Source: a virus
Direction: 5' to 3' (one strand)
IMG/VR virus record: IMGVR_UViG_3300022927_000008
Location: 1 to 64,000 of that record
Length of the DNA: 64,000 bases
In this document: positions 29,568 through 38,234 of the stretch, in pieces
Layout: every line of letters begins with the position of its first letter
How positions within the stretch are numbered: position 1 is the stretch's first letter
The notes under the pieces: model-generated
What the model was told of the DNA's origin: nothing
The model's input: only the letters and a program-made list of their open reading frames with translations
Database searches by the model: none
Program-made: the position numbers and the translations under genes

Positions 29568-29867
29568 GCGAGATCTTAGAGTAAGTGCTGCAAGTATTAC
29601 ACCTGCAAATATTAGTATATGAATGTCTCCATCAATGGGTATTGATGAATCATAACAAGGATCACTAGGATTAAAACACCAATCAGGTGGGTTATTAGTT
29701 TGGCAAGCAGCACATCCTAAATTAGGGTCCATAGCTTGTACTGAATACCCCTCCCTATCAATATAGTACTCATCTAACTGGGTGTTGAAGGTATTTCCAT
29801 CAACTCCTTTATACATTATTGAGTTTTCCTGTAGGAACTTATCAAGAGGACCTTGTTGGTTATCCAT
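29547..29867 (-). CDS. protein with PID-CTERM-like sorting tail
   Basis: ..SIPIDGDIHILIFAGVILAALTLRSR: PIDG + TM helix + basic residues; start moved to MDNQQ. Confidence 0.6.
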   Translation of the reverse strand: MDNQQGPLDKFLQENSIMYKGVDGNTFNTQLDEYYIDREGYSVQAMDPNLGCAACQTNNPPDWCFNPSDPCYDSSIPIDGDIHILIFAGVILAALTLRSRVMLTSS

Positions 29868-29980
29868 ATTAAAACAATTTACATATATAATCAACTAAAC
29901 AATACAGGGCAAATCCACCTGCTGCAACCACACCCACAAAATAAAGGGCGTTTACAATAAAATAAATATTCTCGTGCATA

Positions 29981-30397
29981 TTACTTGTTTTTAAGTGCTT
30001 CCCGTTCCAATACTTCACTGAGCTCTTCCCAGTCGTTTTCAAAATCCATCATTGGGTGATTAGCTAAACACTCAAGTGTAGCACCCTCACTATGAGCGCA
30101 TACTCTATATAACCAATCCTCACCCAACTCACCAAAATTTGATGGTGTTTCTAGGTAAACCATACCTGGAGCATCACCTTTAAGGTGCACAATAAGTTGT
30201 GTTGCAAAGTCCTCAATACCATTAAACTGGGTACCCAACTCTGCTCCTGCTTTTAGTCCATTAACAAACTTACCACCTTCAAGGAACTCCTTAATGATTA
30301 CTCCCAAACAATCTGGGTTACCATCATAGTGGTGGTAAATACATGCTACTGGTTCGTCCATCATATTAGTGATGGCTATGCTTGCTCGTGTTGCCAT
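29981..30397 (-). CDS. phage hypothetical protein
   Basis: MATRASI..IYHHYDG.P..LG..E.WLY pattern seen in phage early genes. Confidence 0.7.
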   Translation of the reverse strand: MATRASIAITNMMDEPVACIYHHYDGNPDCLGVIIKEFLEGGKFVNGLKAGAELGTQFNGIEDFATQLIVHLKGDAPGMVYLETPSNFGELGEDWLYRVCAHSEGATLECLANHPMMDFENDWEELSEVLEREALKNK

Positions 30398-30418
30398 AAT
30401 TATTAAAACTTATTTAGA

Positions 30419-30658
30419 TTACTGATTTTTAAACTTGCGGGCGGCATCCATCATCCGCTTGTACTCCTCATAACTCTCATCTCCATAAAGCAACTCATGA
30501 GTCCTCCGATCATAGTACTCAGGGTCGAAAAACTTAACAATTGCCCTATCAAGGTCATAATAAGTAACTACAAGAAAAATACCCATAAAAAACGAGGCAA
30601 TTGTACTTGCAATACAAACAATGGCAAACAACCCTGCGAATACATCAAAAATAGTCAT
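30419..30658 (-). CDS. small membrane protein
   Basis: MTIFDVFAGLFAIV..; the longer ORF-track start lies inside the promoter. Confidence 0.6.
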   Translation of the reverse strand: MTIFDVFAGLFAIVCIASTIASFFMGIFLVVTYYDLDRAIVKFFDPEYYDRRTHELLYGDESYEEYKRMMDAARKFKNQ

Positions 30659-30683
30659 GTGTTTCTTTTTTGCTTTACCCCAT

Positions 30684-30737
30684 GAATATACGAAAGGGGA
30701 TCCGAAGATCCTCATTTTCGTATGACTTTAATATGAC
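30684..30737 (-). promoter_or_regulatory. early promoter cassette with spacer hairpin
   Basis: sense GAGGATC-TTCG-GATCCCC; GTCAT boxes. Confidence 0.85.
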
Positions 30738-30934
30738 TCAAAGCCAGTTTATTTTATTTTTAGGAATTAGCTTATTACCTACTCTAGCGTAATTTTCTAA
30801 TTGTTTTGTTTCTAAAGTTAATTGCTCACCCTCTGGTGTTTCTACTAACACGCCTGTACCTTCTTCTCCTAATAATTTTAGCTCCCAGGTTGGATTTACG
30901 TACATGATAATTTGGTTTTACTGTAGTCATTCCT

Positions 30935-31285
30935 TTATTTCCATAGTATTTGAATTAATACAATTGCAATAGCTAAAATTAAAGTAATACCTGTTTTAAG
31001 TGTTATACCTTGGTTTAAATGTAACCAGGTAAGAAAAGCAAACGCTATCATACCCATTGCGAATCCTATTAGTCGTTGGGGCCACATTTCCCCGTCGAAT
31101 GCCTCCACCAAATACTGTGTGGCATAAATATAGACAAAAGATATAGGAACGCCCATTAAAGACATAACTAAGGGACGTTCCTTAATCCAATCACTAATAA
31201 ATTGTCCGTTTATCTGGTACCAAACTAATGTTTGACCTAATAGGAACAATAAAGTTCCTTGTATTAATTTAGAAATATTGTGCAT
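30935..31285 (-). CDS. four-TM membrane protein (DMT/SMR-like)
   Basis: four hydrophobic helices in 116 aa. Confidence 0.55.
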   Translation of the reverse strand: MHNISKLIQGTLLFLLGQTLVWYQINGQFISDWIKERPLVMSLMGVPISFVYIYATQYLVEAFDGEMWPQRLIGFAMGMIAFAFLTWLHLNQGITLKTGITLILAIAIVLIQILWK

Positions 31286-31357
31286 AGTATTGTTATTAGT
31301 ACTCCTATAAGTCCTAAACCCACAAACTTAGCACTATCTGTGTATCTCCTACCCATT

Positions 31358-31618
31358 TTATATCAATTTAAGTTGTTTAGCTCTACCATACCCAACCATT
31401 TTCCCGTTTGCTGGGTTGAGGAACTTACGTTGTGTGAGTGGTAGGTCCTCATCTTTAATTTCTATCTCTACTTCCTCTACCTCTACTTTATAAAGCCCAC
31501 CAACATACTTATCAAAATCAAAGTACCAAGTGGAAATATTCCCCTCACTATCCGTGAATTCTTGTGTATACTTAGTACGAGCTTTAGGCTCTTCAAGTGA
31601 TGGACGTCCTCTACTCAT
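31358..31618 (-). CDS. hypothetical protein
   Basis: N-terminal RGRP motif. Confidence 0.55.
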   Translation of the reverse strand: MSRGRPSLEEPKARTKYTQEFTDSEGNISTWYFDFDKYVGGLYKVEVEEVEIEIKDEDLPLTQRKFLNPANGKMVGYGRAKQLKLI

Positions 31619-31893
31619 TTTGAAATATCGTTTTTAACCATGAAAAAAGCCATTACAGGAAATGCTATACACACATAGAGACCCACGGTTATAGCAAATA
31701 TAATAACGTTTACAGGCATGAATTTAATCACAAGAGTCGAAACTCCTACACCAAGAACGAATTTAACAAACATTCCTAGTTGAATTACGCTAACTGAGGT
31801 AGGCCCAGGCATTTGTTTAGAATACCAAATAAACCCCACATTAACAAGTGTGAGGAGGGCACAAAGTGCCACTCCTACTCCAAATCCACCCAT
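31615..31893 (-). CDS. small polytopic membrane protein (weakly AtpI-like)
   Basis: three TM helices. Confidence 0.45.
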   Translation of the reverse strand: MGGFGVGVALCALLTLVNVGFIWYSKQMPGPTSVSVIQLGMFVKFVLGVGVSTLVIKFMPVNVIIFAITVGLYVCIAFPVMAFFMVKNDISK

Positions 31894-32115
31894 TACTTTT
31901 CAACAATAAAAAGTTCAAAAAATACAGCAACAGCCATAATTCCTGCAATAATAATATATCCCATTATCCTTCGTAATTTTCAGCGAAATCTCTTCCTTTT
32001 TTAGTTAGACGGTAAGTTAATTCCCCATCTTCATTAATCCCAGCTATCTCAACAAATCCTTTTTCCAATAACCCATATAGGGCGTCATTTAGTTCATTAA
32101 TATCTTTAAACATAA

Positions 32116-32322
32116 TTAAAATATATGGTGTGATCCTTCATCAAAAATATAGTTTGCTACTTTTTCTAATTTCCCTGGTACCGATATATGGTTACCATCC
32201 GCCATGTAAATGTCTGTTATATCTTCATTTACGGGGCATTGTCGGATTGAGACAATTTTTTTAGCAGCTATATAGCCAGGGACCTGGTGGACCCCTCTCC
32301 CCATTTTCTCAAAATAAACCAT
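32116..32322 (-). CDS. FlbD/SwrD-like small protein
   Basis: IVSI....TDIYMADG..ISV...EKV pattern. Confidence 0.4.
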   Translation of the reverse strand: MVYFEKMGRGVHQVPGYIAAKKIVSIRQCPVNEDITDIYMADGNHISVPGKLEKVANYIFDEGSHHIF

Positions 32323-32525
32323 TAATCAACGATTTTAATGTACTCACTAATACCCTCAGTCAGTGGGTAAAGATTACCTTTGGTGGGGTGAACCACCATT
32401 TCGGTCTTGTCGAACTGCTTAACCAGTCCACGCTTGTTAAACACAACGCTCAGAGCGTTAACGGGCACGTAACAGCGGCCGTAGGCCCTAAACGTTTCTG
32501 CTTTCTTGATCGTAACTTTCATCAT
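32322..32525 (-). CDS. early hypothetical protein (near-leaderless)
   Basis: ATG 5 nt after TCGTATATTC; the ORF-track start lies in the promoter. Confidence 0.6.
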   Translation of the reverse strand: MMKVTIKKAETFRAYGRCYVPVNALSVVFNKRGLVKQFDKTEMVVHPTKGNLYPLTEGISEYIKIVD

Positions 32526-32530
32526 GCCAT

Positions 32531-32584
32531 GAATATACGAAAGGGGAGCCGGAGCTCCCCATTTTCGCATGACGTCAATATGAC
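32531..32584 (-). promoter_or_regulatory. early promoter cassette with spacer hairpin
   Basis: GGGGAGC-CGGA-GCTCCCC (32543-32560); GTCAT boxes. Confidence 0.85.
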
Positions 32585-32597
32585 GCGAGAACCCCCC

Positions 32598-34169
32598 TTA
32601 TTTTCTTTTAACTAAGCCCTTAACTGTATCTTTAAGCATTGTAGCCATTTCAGAGCTCATAGAAACTAACATTTCAGATAGTTCTTCACTGTTTTCTCTT
32701 ATAAATTTATTTAATTCAATTATACTACCTATCTTACCAGCAGCAATTGCCCCTTGTACTATAGGTTCCATTTTCATTATTAGTTCCTTTTTAGCAGGGA
32801 ACTTAGTAACCATTTTATCAAATATTTTCTTAACTAAAGGACCTAAAATAATAGGACCCAATACCCTTCTAAGCAAATACTGGGTTGCAAGTTTGATACC
32901 AGTACCCGCTCCCATAGGGGACTCATTCATTTGCTCCTTAGCAAGGGTAGTAAGAATATTTATCTCCTCATCAGTTAAAATTTTAGCTAACTCGGCCTCA
33001 ATGGCTTTTAAGAGAGGATCACTACTTACCCCTACTTTCTCATCTAGGCTTTTTTTTTGCCTAAGTAATATAATAGCATCACTAAGAGTATCTATTTCAT
33101 CATCACTAAGTGTTGCTTCGAGATCATTTTGCATAGTATCTAACTTATTGGCTATTTCCATAGCTCTATCCAAAGCCATTTCATTTATTGCTTCATCAAT
33201 TGTTTGATCATTCACTTCTTCTAACATATCCCCATACCCCATTATTTGCATAGCTGGTACAAAAGCATCATCAAATGCTACTTTATCATCCTCTTCCATA
33301 GCGTCTGTCATTTGTAGGAAAAGAGGCTTAAGTTGCTTCTTCTTACCAGGATGTCTTGCTAACCTAGGAGCAATAAACTGGAACCTTGACTCGAGATCGT
33401 TACCAAAATCTTGGGGGTCCCCACCAAAATCCTCTTCACCACCATCATCCCTAAACTCTCTCATCATATCTCTACCTACTACTTCAGGATCATCAGCTAC
33501 GTTTTGGAACATACTTCTTCTCTCTGTTCTATCTCTATCATCTAAGTAAGCATCAATCGCCCCTGCTAATTGGGGGTGTGATTTAGCAAATACATCTTTA
33601 TAAGCATCTACTACTCTTGATTGAGCGTATGGAATATCATCTGTATCCCTAGTGGCTTCTTCAAAATCCTCTTTAAACGAGTCCATAATGGCTTTAAGGT
33701 CCCAACCTGGTTTGTCAAACTTATCCTCCTCTAGGTTATCAAAGTAATCTGCAGCGGCATCTAGATCATCTGGGGCAATCTCGTCTGCTTCAGGGTTTAT
33801 TTTTGTTCCCCCTTTCTTGAGAATACCTACAGCGTTAGAAATATCAGCACCTTCAATTGGGTTACTAGCTCCTTGACCAAATTTTTGGTGTAGATAATGG
33901 GTTTCCATTCCCTTTTTTTCTAAAGTACTGACAGCCGCATCGATAATATTTTTACCAATTTGTTGAAATTCCTGAGTACTCTCAAAAGCATCTAGGTCCT
34001 CACTCTCACCACCAGCTTCAACTGCCCTTTGGTAGTCAACATCTCTGATAATATTCATTTTCATAGCATCGTGAAAGAAGGGGATAATCTCTCCTACTCC
34101 GTCTACTTCTTCATTAACTGAGGCTTCTTCAATTATGTATTGCCTCCATTTATTCCAGCTAAAGCTCAT
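32598..34169 (-). CDS. acidic modular late protein (putative head-internal polyprotein)
   Basis: ATATTTAT at 34183-34190; MSFSWNKWRQYIIEE; repeated (L/I/V/M)xE junctions. Confidence 0.65.
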   Translation of the reverse strand: MSFSWNKWRQYIIEEASVNEEVDGVGEIIPFFHDAMKMNIIRDVDYQRAVEAGGESEDLDAFESTQEFQQIGKNIIDAAVSTLEKKGMETHYLHQKFGQGASNPIEGADISNAVGILKKGGTKINPEADEIAPDDLDAAADYFDNLEEDKFDKPGWDLKAIMDSFKEDFEEATRDTDDIPYAQSRVVDAYKDVFAKSHPQLAGAIDAYLDDRDRTERRSMFQNVADDPEVVGRDMMREFRDDGGEEDFGGDPQDFGNDLESRFQFIAPRLARHPGKKKQLKPLFLQMTDAMEEDDKVAFDDAFVPAMQIMGYGDMLEEVNDQTIDEAINEMALDRAMEIANKLDTMQNDLEATLSDDEIDTLSDAIILLRQKKSLDEKVGVSSDPLLKAIEAELAKILTDEEINILTTLAKEQMNESPMGAGTGIKLATQYLLRRVLGPIILGPLVKKIFDKMVTKFPAKKELIMKMEPIVQGAIAAGKIGSIIELNKFIRENSEELSEMLVSMSSEMATMLKDTVKGLVKRK

Positions 34170-34192
34170 GTTATTTTTGTTTATAAATATTG

Positions 34193-34759
34193 TTAAATAT
34201 TTCCGATCATTGTTTTTAACACCTCTTTCCCCCCAATCTTACGTGAGTACCACCCGTTGCCAGGTTTTTTATTTTGGGGGTGGGCTCCATACCAAGTAAT
34301 ATCTTTATTACCTAATATTGCCCTTACTTTCTCCTCATCATCAATTACAGGTACCCCACCTCTCTCGTGAAATACTCTATAAGCATCACCACTTACCTCA
34401 ACATAGTTACCAGGGGATTTTAACTCACTAGTTTTTCTAGTTAAAACGTGCTTAATATGAGGTTTCTTACCATCGTGACCCATTCCAGTGTGCTTAACAC
34501 CAAAAGATGTATTCTTACCAAAGTAAGTAACATCTAACTCAGGATCATCATCGATATCAGCGGCTCTCCAAAAACTTATATCAGGAGCCATAATATCATT
34601 AGGGGAATTAATCTTTAAATGTCCCCCAATTGGAGCATAAGCAGTTTGTACTAAATCAAATAGCTCTCCTTTTGCCTGTTCAAGCTCCTCCCCACTTAAA
34701 GGAACATACTCTCCTTTAGGGTAGTCTCTCTCCAGGAGTAAATCTATTAGCTTAATCAT
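34193..34759 (-). CDS. late protein with MIKLIDLLLE leader
   Basis: ATATTTAT at 34764-34771 supports start at 34759. Confidence 0.65.
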   Translation of the reverse strand: MIKLIDLLLERDYPKGEYVPLSGEELEQAKGELFDLVQTAYAPIGGHLKINSPNDIMAPDISFWRAADIDDDPELDVTYFGKNTSFGVKHTGMGHDGKKPHIKHVLTRKTSELKSPGNYVEVSGDAYRVFHERGGVPVIDDEEKVRAILGNKDITWYGAHPQNKKPGNGWYSRKIGGKEVLKTMIGNI

Positions 34760-34770
34760 GCTAATAAATA

Positions 34771-35253
34771 TCAATCCTCCACGAAACGTTCCATAATATC
34801 AACAAAAACATCAAGTGGGGTTCTGTGTCCCATTTTCTCAACAGGAATCACACTCAAACCATCATAAAAACCATCAGAAGCAACCATGTTATACGTTTCT
34901 GTAGGGTTGATAACATCATCCTCCAACCCAAGCACTACATGGCCACTAACACTAAATTCACCATTCGTAACACCATAAGGTTCAAAACTACGAGAATGAA
35001 TAGCTGGGTTAAACAACATAACTTCAGTATCCTCAAAATGAGTTGCCAACTGGTGGGCAAAATATCCACCCATACTAGAGCCAATAATCAAATCAAACTC
35101 CTCAGCAGCACACAAGTCAATCATTTCCTCAAACAACTCATTGTTATCATAATCCATAGCAGGAGCATAACACATAAAACGATCGTTGAGGTACTTAACC
35201 TTAGAACCTCCGGGCTTGCTTTCCAAGCCATGCAAATATAATACTCTTTTCAT
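34771..35253 (-). CDS. YqiA/YcfP-like alpha/beta hydrolase
   Basis: LYLHGLES, GSSMGG nucleophile elbow, LFNPA, DDVI, GH. Confidence 0.85.
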   Translation of the reverse strand: MKRVLYLHGLESKPGGSKVKYLNDRFMCYAPAMDYDNNELFEEMIDLCAAEEFDLIIGSSMGGYFAHQLATHFEDTEVMLFNPAIHSRSFEPYGVTNGEFSVSGHVVLGLEDDVINPTETYNMVASDGFYDGLSVIPVEKMGHRTPLDVFVDIMERFVED

Positions 35254-35456
35254 TAGTTCAAAACACTTAAAATTTCCTCCTTTGATTGTACGAATGCCTC
35301 AGTAGGCATCAAACCAATCAACTCATCACCCTCGATCAATCCGTAGATTTCACGTTCACTCTCACTCATTTCACTTAACTCACGTAACTCACGGAGCATT
35401 TCCACAGTTTGGTCAATATCAACCTCACAAATCAAATTAAACATTAACTTATCCAT
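35253..35456 (-). CDS. hypothetical protein
   Basis: coupled ORF. Confidence 0.55.
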   Translation of the reverse strand: MDKLMFNLICEVDIDQTVEMLRELRELSEMSESEREIYGLIEGDELIGLMPTEAFVQSKEEILSVLN

Positions 35457-35836
35457 TAGAACGGCAGGTTTTCGGTTTCAACTTCAGTTTCTTTTTCCTT
35501 CATGTTCTCAGGTACCCACTCATCCACATAGGTAACCTTTACACACTTGAGATCCTCAAAATAGAGCGTTTTGGTAATCTTGGTCCCAAAGAAATACGTT
35601 GTGGCAACCATTCCCTTACCATTCCTCATCAACTCAACATTTGCAACATACTGGTTCCAATCACTCAGAATGCAATTTCCATACTTGCGAGTGTTCAAAA
35701 TCAACGTGAACTTCTCACCATCCAAACCTCCACCACGTGGACGTTCAAACTGGATATGTGCTTCCTGGGGGTTACCTGCTTCCAACCGCTGGGTAAGTTG
35801 CTCTTGGGCGTTTTTAACTGCTTGAATCATGTTCAT
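35456..35836 (-). CDS. early hypothetical protein
   Basis: start moved to MNMIQ, downstream of the promoter. Confidence 0.65.
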   Translation of the reverse strand: MNMIQAVKNAQEQLTQRLEAGNPQEAHIQFERPRGGGLDGEKFTLILNTRKYGNCILSDWNQYVANVELMRNGKGMVATTYFFGTKITKTLYFEDLKCVKVTYVDEWVPENMKEKETEVETENLPF

Positions 35837-35868
35837 TTGTTTTTTCTTTCGCTTTAACCTTACCCCAT

Positions 35869-35922
35869 GAATATACGAAAGGGGATCCGAGGATCCCCAT
35901 TTTCGCATGACGTTAATATGAC
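35869..35922 (-). promoter_or_regulatory. early promoter cassette with spacer hairpin
   Basis: GGGGATC-CGAG-GATCCCC (35881-35898); GTCAT boxes. Confidence 0.85.
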
Positions 35923-35938
35923 TAAGACTTTTATATTA

Positions 35939-36190
35939 CTATGGTAAAGGAGGGGGATTTTCTATCCCAAACTCTTCCTCCCCTACATAAACTTTACCAA
36001 GGGATTCTACTTTTACCCGTAGTTCTTCTTCTGTATCAAAGAACTCAAATTGGGGTTGACCGGTATGTACCTCACTCCCAGCTGTATAGGGACCATAATG
36101 TACGTGTTGGGGGGTATTAGTATTGGGGTCGGTTTCTCCATTCCCCCATGCTATAAAAAATCCGTCTGTTTCTCTTGTATGATGTGACAT
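35939..36190 (-). CDS. small partner protein C (MSHH/HYG/GQP family)
   Basis: paralog of 37922-38215 and 40744-41031. Confidence 0.8.
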   Translation of the reverse strand: MSHHTRETDGFFIAWGNGETDPNTNTPQHVHYGPYTAGSEVHTGQPQFEFFDTEEELRVKVESLGKVYVGEEEFGIENPPPLP

Positions 36191-36213
36191 TTTAATATTA
36201 TTTTATTGTTTTT

Positions 36214-37908
36214 TTATACTATTGTTATACCTGAGATAGTCCAACCTTTAGCTGTGAGTACTTGGATTGCTAAATCCATATCACTACCCACAGAATATGT
36301 TCTGGAGGTTGCAAAACTTGAAGCATTAACATTGTCAGCTGTGTTGGGGTTATCTGCCCAACCTTTTAAAGTTAACTCTAAATTAGCATCACTCATTCCA
36401 GTAGCATTACGGAACATTTGACTGGCATTTTCCAGATTAGGTAAATTCCAATTGGCTAAAGAAACATCTATAATTGGGTGATAATTGAAAGCTTTATAGA
36501 GGATCCTAACATTTGTTGTATCCCAATTAACTATACCTGCTGCTCTAGTAGCATATTCACTAGGGTTAGTAAAAAAGTCTGAACCATCATCTTCAAAATT
36601 ACCAAAAACATTATAATAAAAGAACATCTGGGACATACTATATACATTACTAGTATCCCAATTTTCTATTCCTGCGGGTAAATGATCAGCCTGTAAGAAA
36701 CAATTCTGCAGATCATTTACACTAGGCCCACACCAGTCCGAAGCATCAATATTATTTTGGTTATAAAAGTCCTCTAAACCCCAGGCAAAATTAAGTACAT
36801 TTCGCAAACCAGTGATTTGGCTTTTATCTGTATTTTTTAAATAATCTACCCAACTTTTATTAAGGCGAGCTGATGGTTTTCCTGTTACACTTCCTTGCTG
36901 AACTGCTGGTAATATATTCGCTATCGTTGATGGTTCATCCCACCCATCTAAGCTAACAACAGGTCCTAAAGGATATACCGGGGGTACGTAATAACGTGCC
37001 CCAGTACTCGCATTTAATATTTGACTTTTCGAACGGCGGAAGATATTTTGAATATGGCTGTCTTGGGTAAAAGGAATTGGGCTTAGAATGTTTAACATTT
37101 CTTTTGTCCCTTTTATAGTTATTGTATATTCCCCTAAAGGCACCCCACTATAATCATGGAATATCCAAAGGGGGAGGGAGTCTGAACCAAAAAGATAATA
37201 ATAAAATGAATCTGGGTCATCTTGGAGAGAATAATATGTTGGAGAACTATTAAATCTTCTAAAATTATAAGTACCCATATTTATTTTCTCAACTGGGCCA
37301 CCATCACCCCAATCTATAGTAATTTCTTGGTCAGCTAGAGGACCCCCAAGATAATCATCTAGCGCCTGTCTTGTTTCAGGTAGGATTGCGGGAGAAACCG
37401 TAACCTTCCACGAGGTTCCTGTTGATGCAGACCAACCATTTTCTGGGGTTCTTGGGATAGCCACCCCCCCTCTTACGGGAATAGCCCACCAATCCTGTGT
37501 TTCGGACCCTGATGAAAGAAAGCTTGTGACAATCTGACCGCTATTATAATCATAATTAGGGTTAGCTTCATTATTATTATAATGGTCTAGAGCCTCTTGG
37601 GTAGCAAAATAACCAGTTCTTATTGCAAGGGAATAAGTTACGAGTTCGCCGGAGGAGCCCCCACCTCTTGCTCCACTAGGGCCTATACTCTTTTTAGGAC
37701 CTCCACCTCCACCTGCTGAGGCAGCAGATGCTACACTAGGAGATATAGTATTTACAGTATTTAGGGTATTTAAATTGCTATAATAGTTTTCAAAAAGCAA
37801 CTGCTCCTGCATGTATCTTTTCCTGGCTTCCATAATAGGGAGACCCTTTATATCTTTTCTTTTTAAGAACTGAGGCCAGGGCTCAGGTTGGTATATTGGT
37901 TTCCACAT
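36214..37908 (-). CDS. fibre-like protein C: shared anchor + PKD-like + DUF285/BspA-like repeats
   Basis: MWKP.. N-module, IDWGDG, WDTSNVYSMSQMF repeats. Confidence 0.75.
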   Translation of the reverse strand: MWKPIYQPEPWPQFLKRKDIKGLPIMEARKRYMQEQLLFENYYSNLNTLNTVNTISPSVASAASAGGGGGPKKSIGPSGARGGGSSGELVTYSLAIRTGYFATQEALDHYNNNEANPNYDYNSGQIVTSFLSSGSETQDWWAIPVRGGVAIPRTPENGWSASTGTSWKVTVSPAILPETRQALDDYLGGPLADQEITIDWGDGGPVEKINMGTYNFRRFNSSPTYYSLQDDPDSFYYYLFGSDSLPLWIFHDYSGVPLGEYTITIKGTKEMLNILSPIPFTQDSHIQNIFRRSKSQILNASTGARYYVPPVYPLGPVVSLDGWDEPSTIANILPAVQQGSVTGKPSARLNKSWVDYLKNTDKSQITGLRNVLNFAWGLEDFYNQNNIDASDWCGPSVNDLQNCFLQADHLPAGIENWDTSNVYSMSQMFFYYNVFGNFEDDGSDFFTNPSEYATRAAGIVNWDTTNVRILYKAFNYHPIIDVSLANWNLPNLENASQMFRNATGMSDANLELTLKGWADNPNTADNVNASSFATSRTYSVGSDMDLAIQVLTAKGWTISGITIV

Positions 37909-37921
37909 AATTTTGTATTTT

Positions 37922-38215
37922 TTAGATTAGGATATCATTTATAGTCCATGTTACCCCCTTGGGATCTACCCATTCTGCGGTTTCATCCTCCATAAACATA
38001 TCTATTACAGGGGAGAGAACTCTAGGATCCTTCCACTCTTTTCCTAATTCTTCTACTCGGTTTTTTAATTCTTCTGGTGTAGTAAATGTTTCTAAGTTTG
38101 GTTGGCCTGTAATAAACTTATGATCTAAATCAGAATACCCATAGTGTACAATACCTGCATTGTTATATGCTACATAATATACGTCTTCGTTTTTTTCTAT
38201 ATGATGATGTGACAT
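37922..38215 (-). CDS. small partner protein B
   Basis: MSHHHIEK..HYGYS..GQP.LE.F.T.EELKNRVEELG. Confidence 0.8.
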   Translation of the reverse strand: MSHHHIEKNEDVYYVAYNNAGIVHYGYSDLDHKFITGQPNLETFTTPEELKNRVEELGKEWKDPRVLSPVIDMFMEDETAEWVDPKGVTWTINDILI

Positions 38216-38234
38216 TTTATTTTATTTTATTTTA

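Noticed and set aside
25940-35925. Recurring ~30-bp repeat as a CRISPR array or integron attC array
   Set aside because: Copies are separated by whole genes at irregular distances and carry promoter elements at fixed distance from start codons; no cas or integrase gene in the window.
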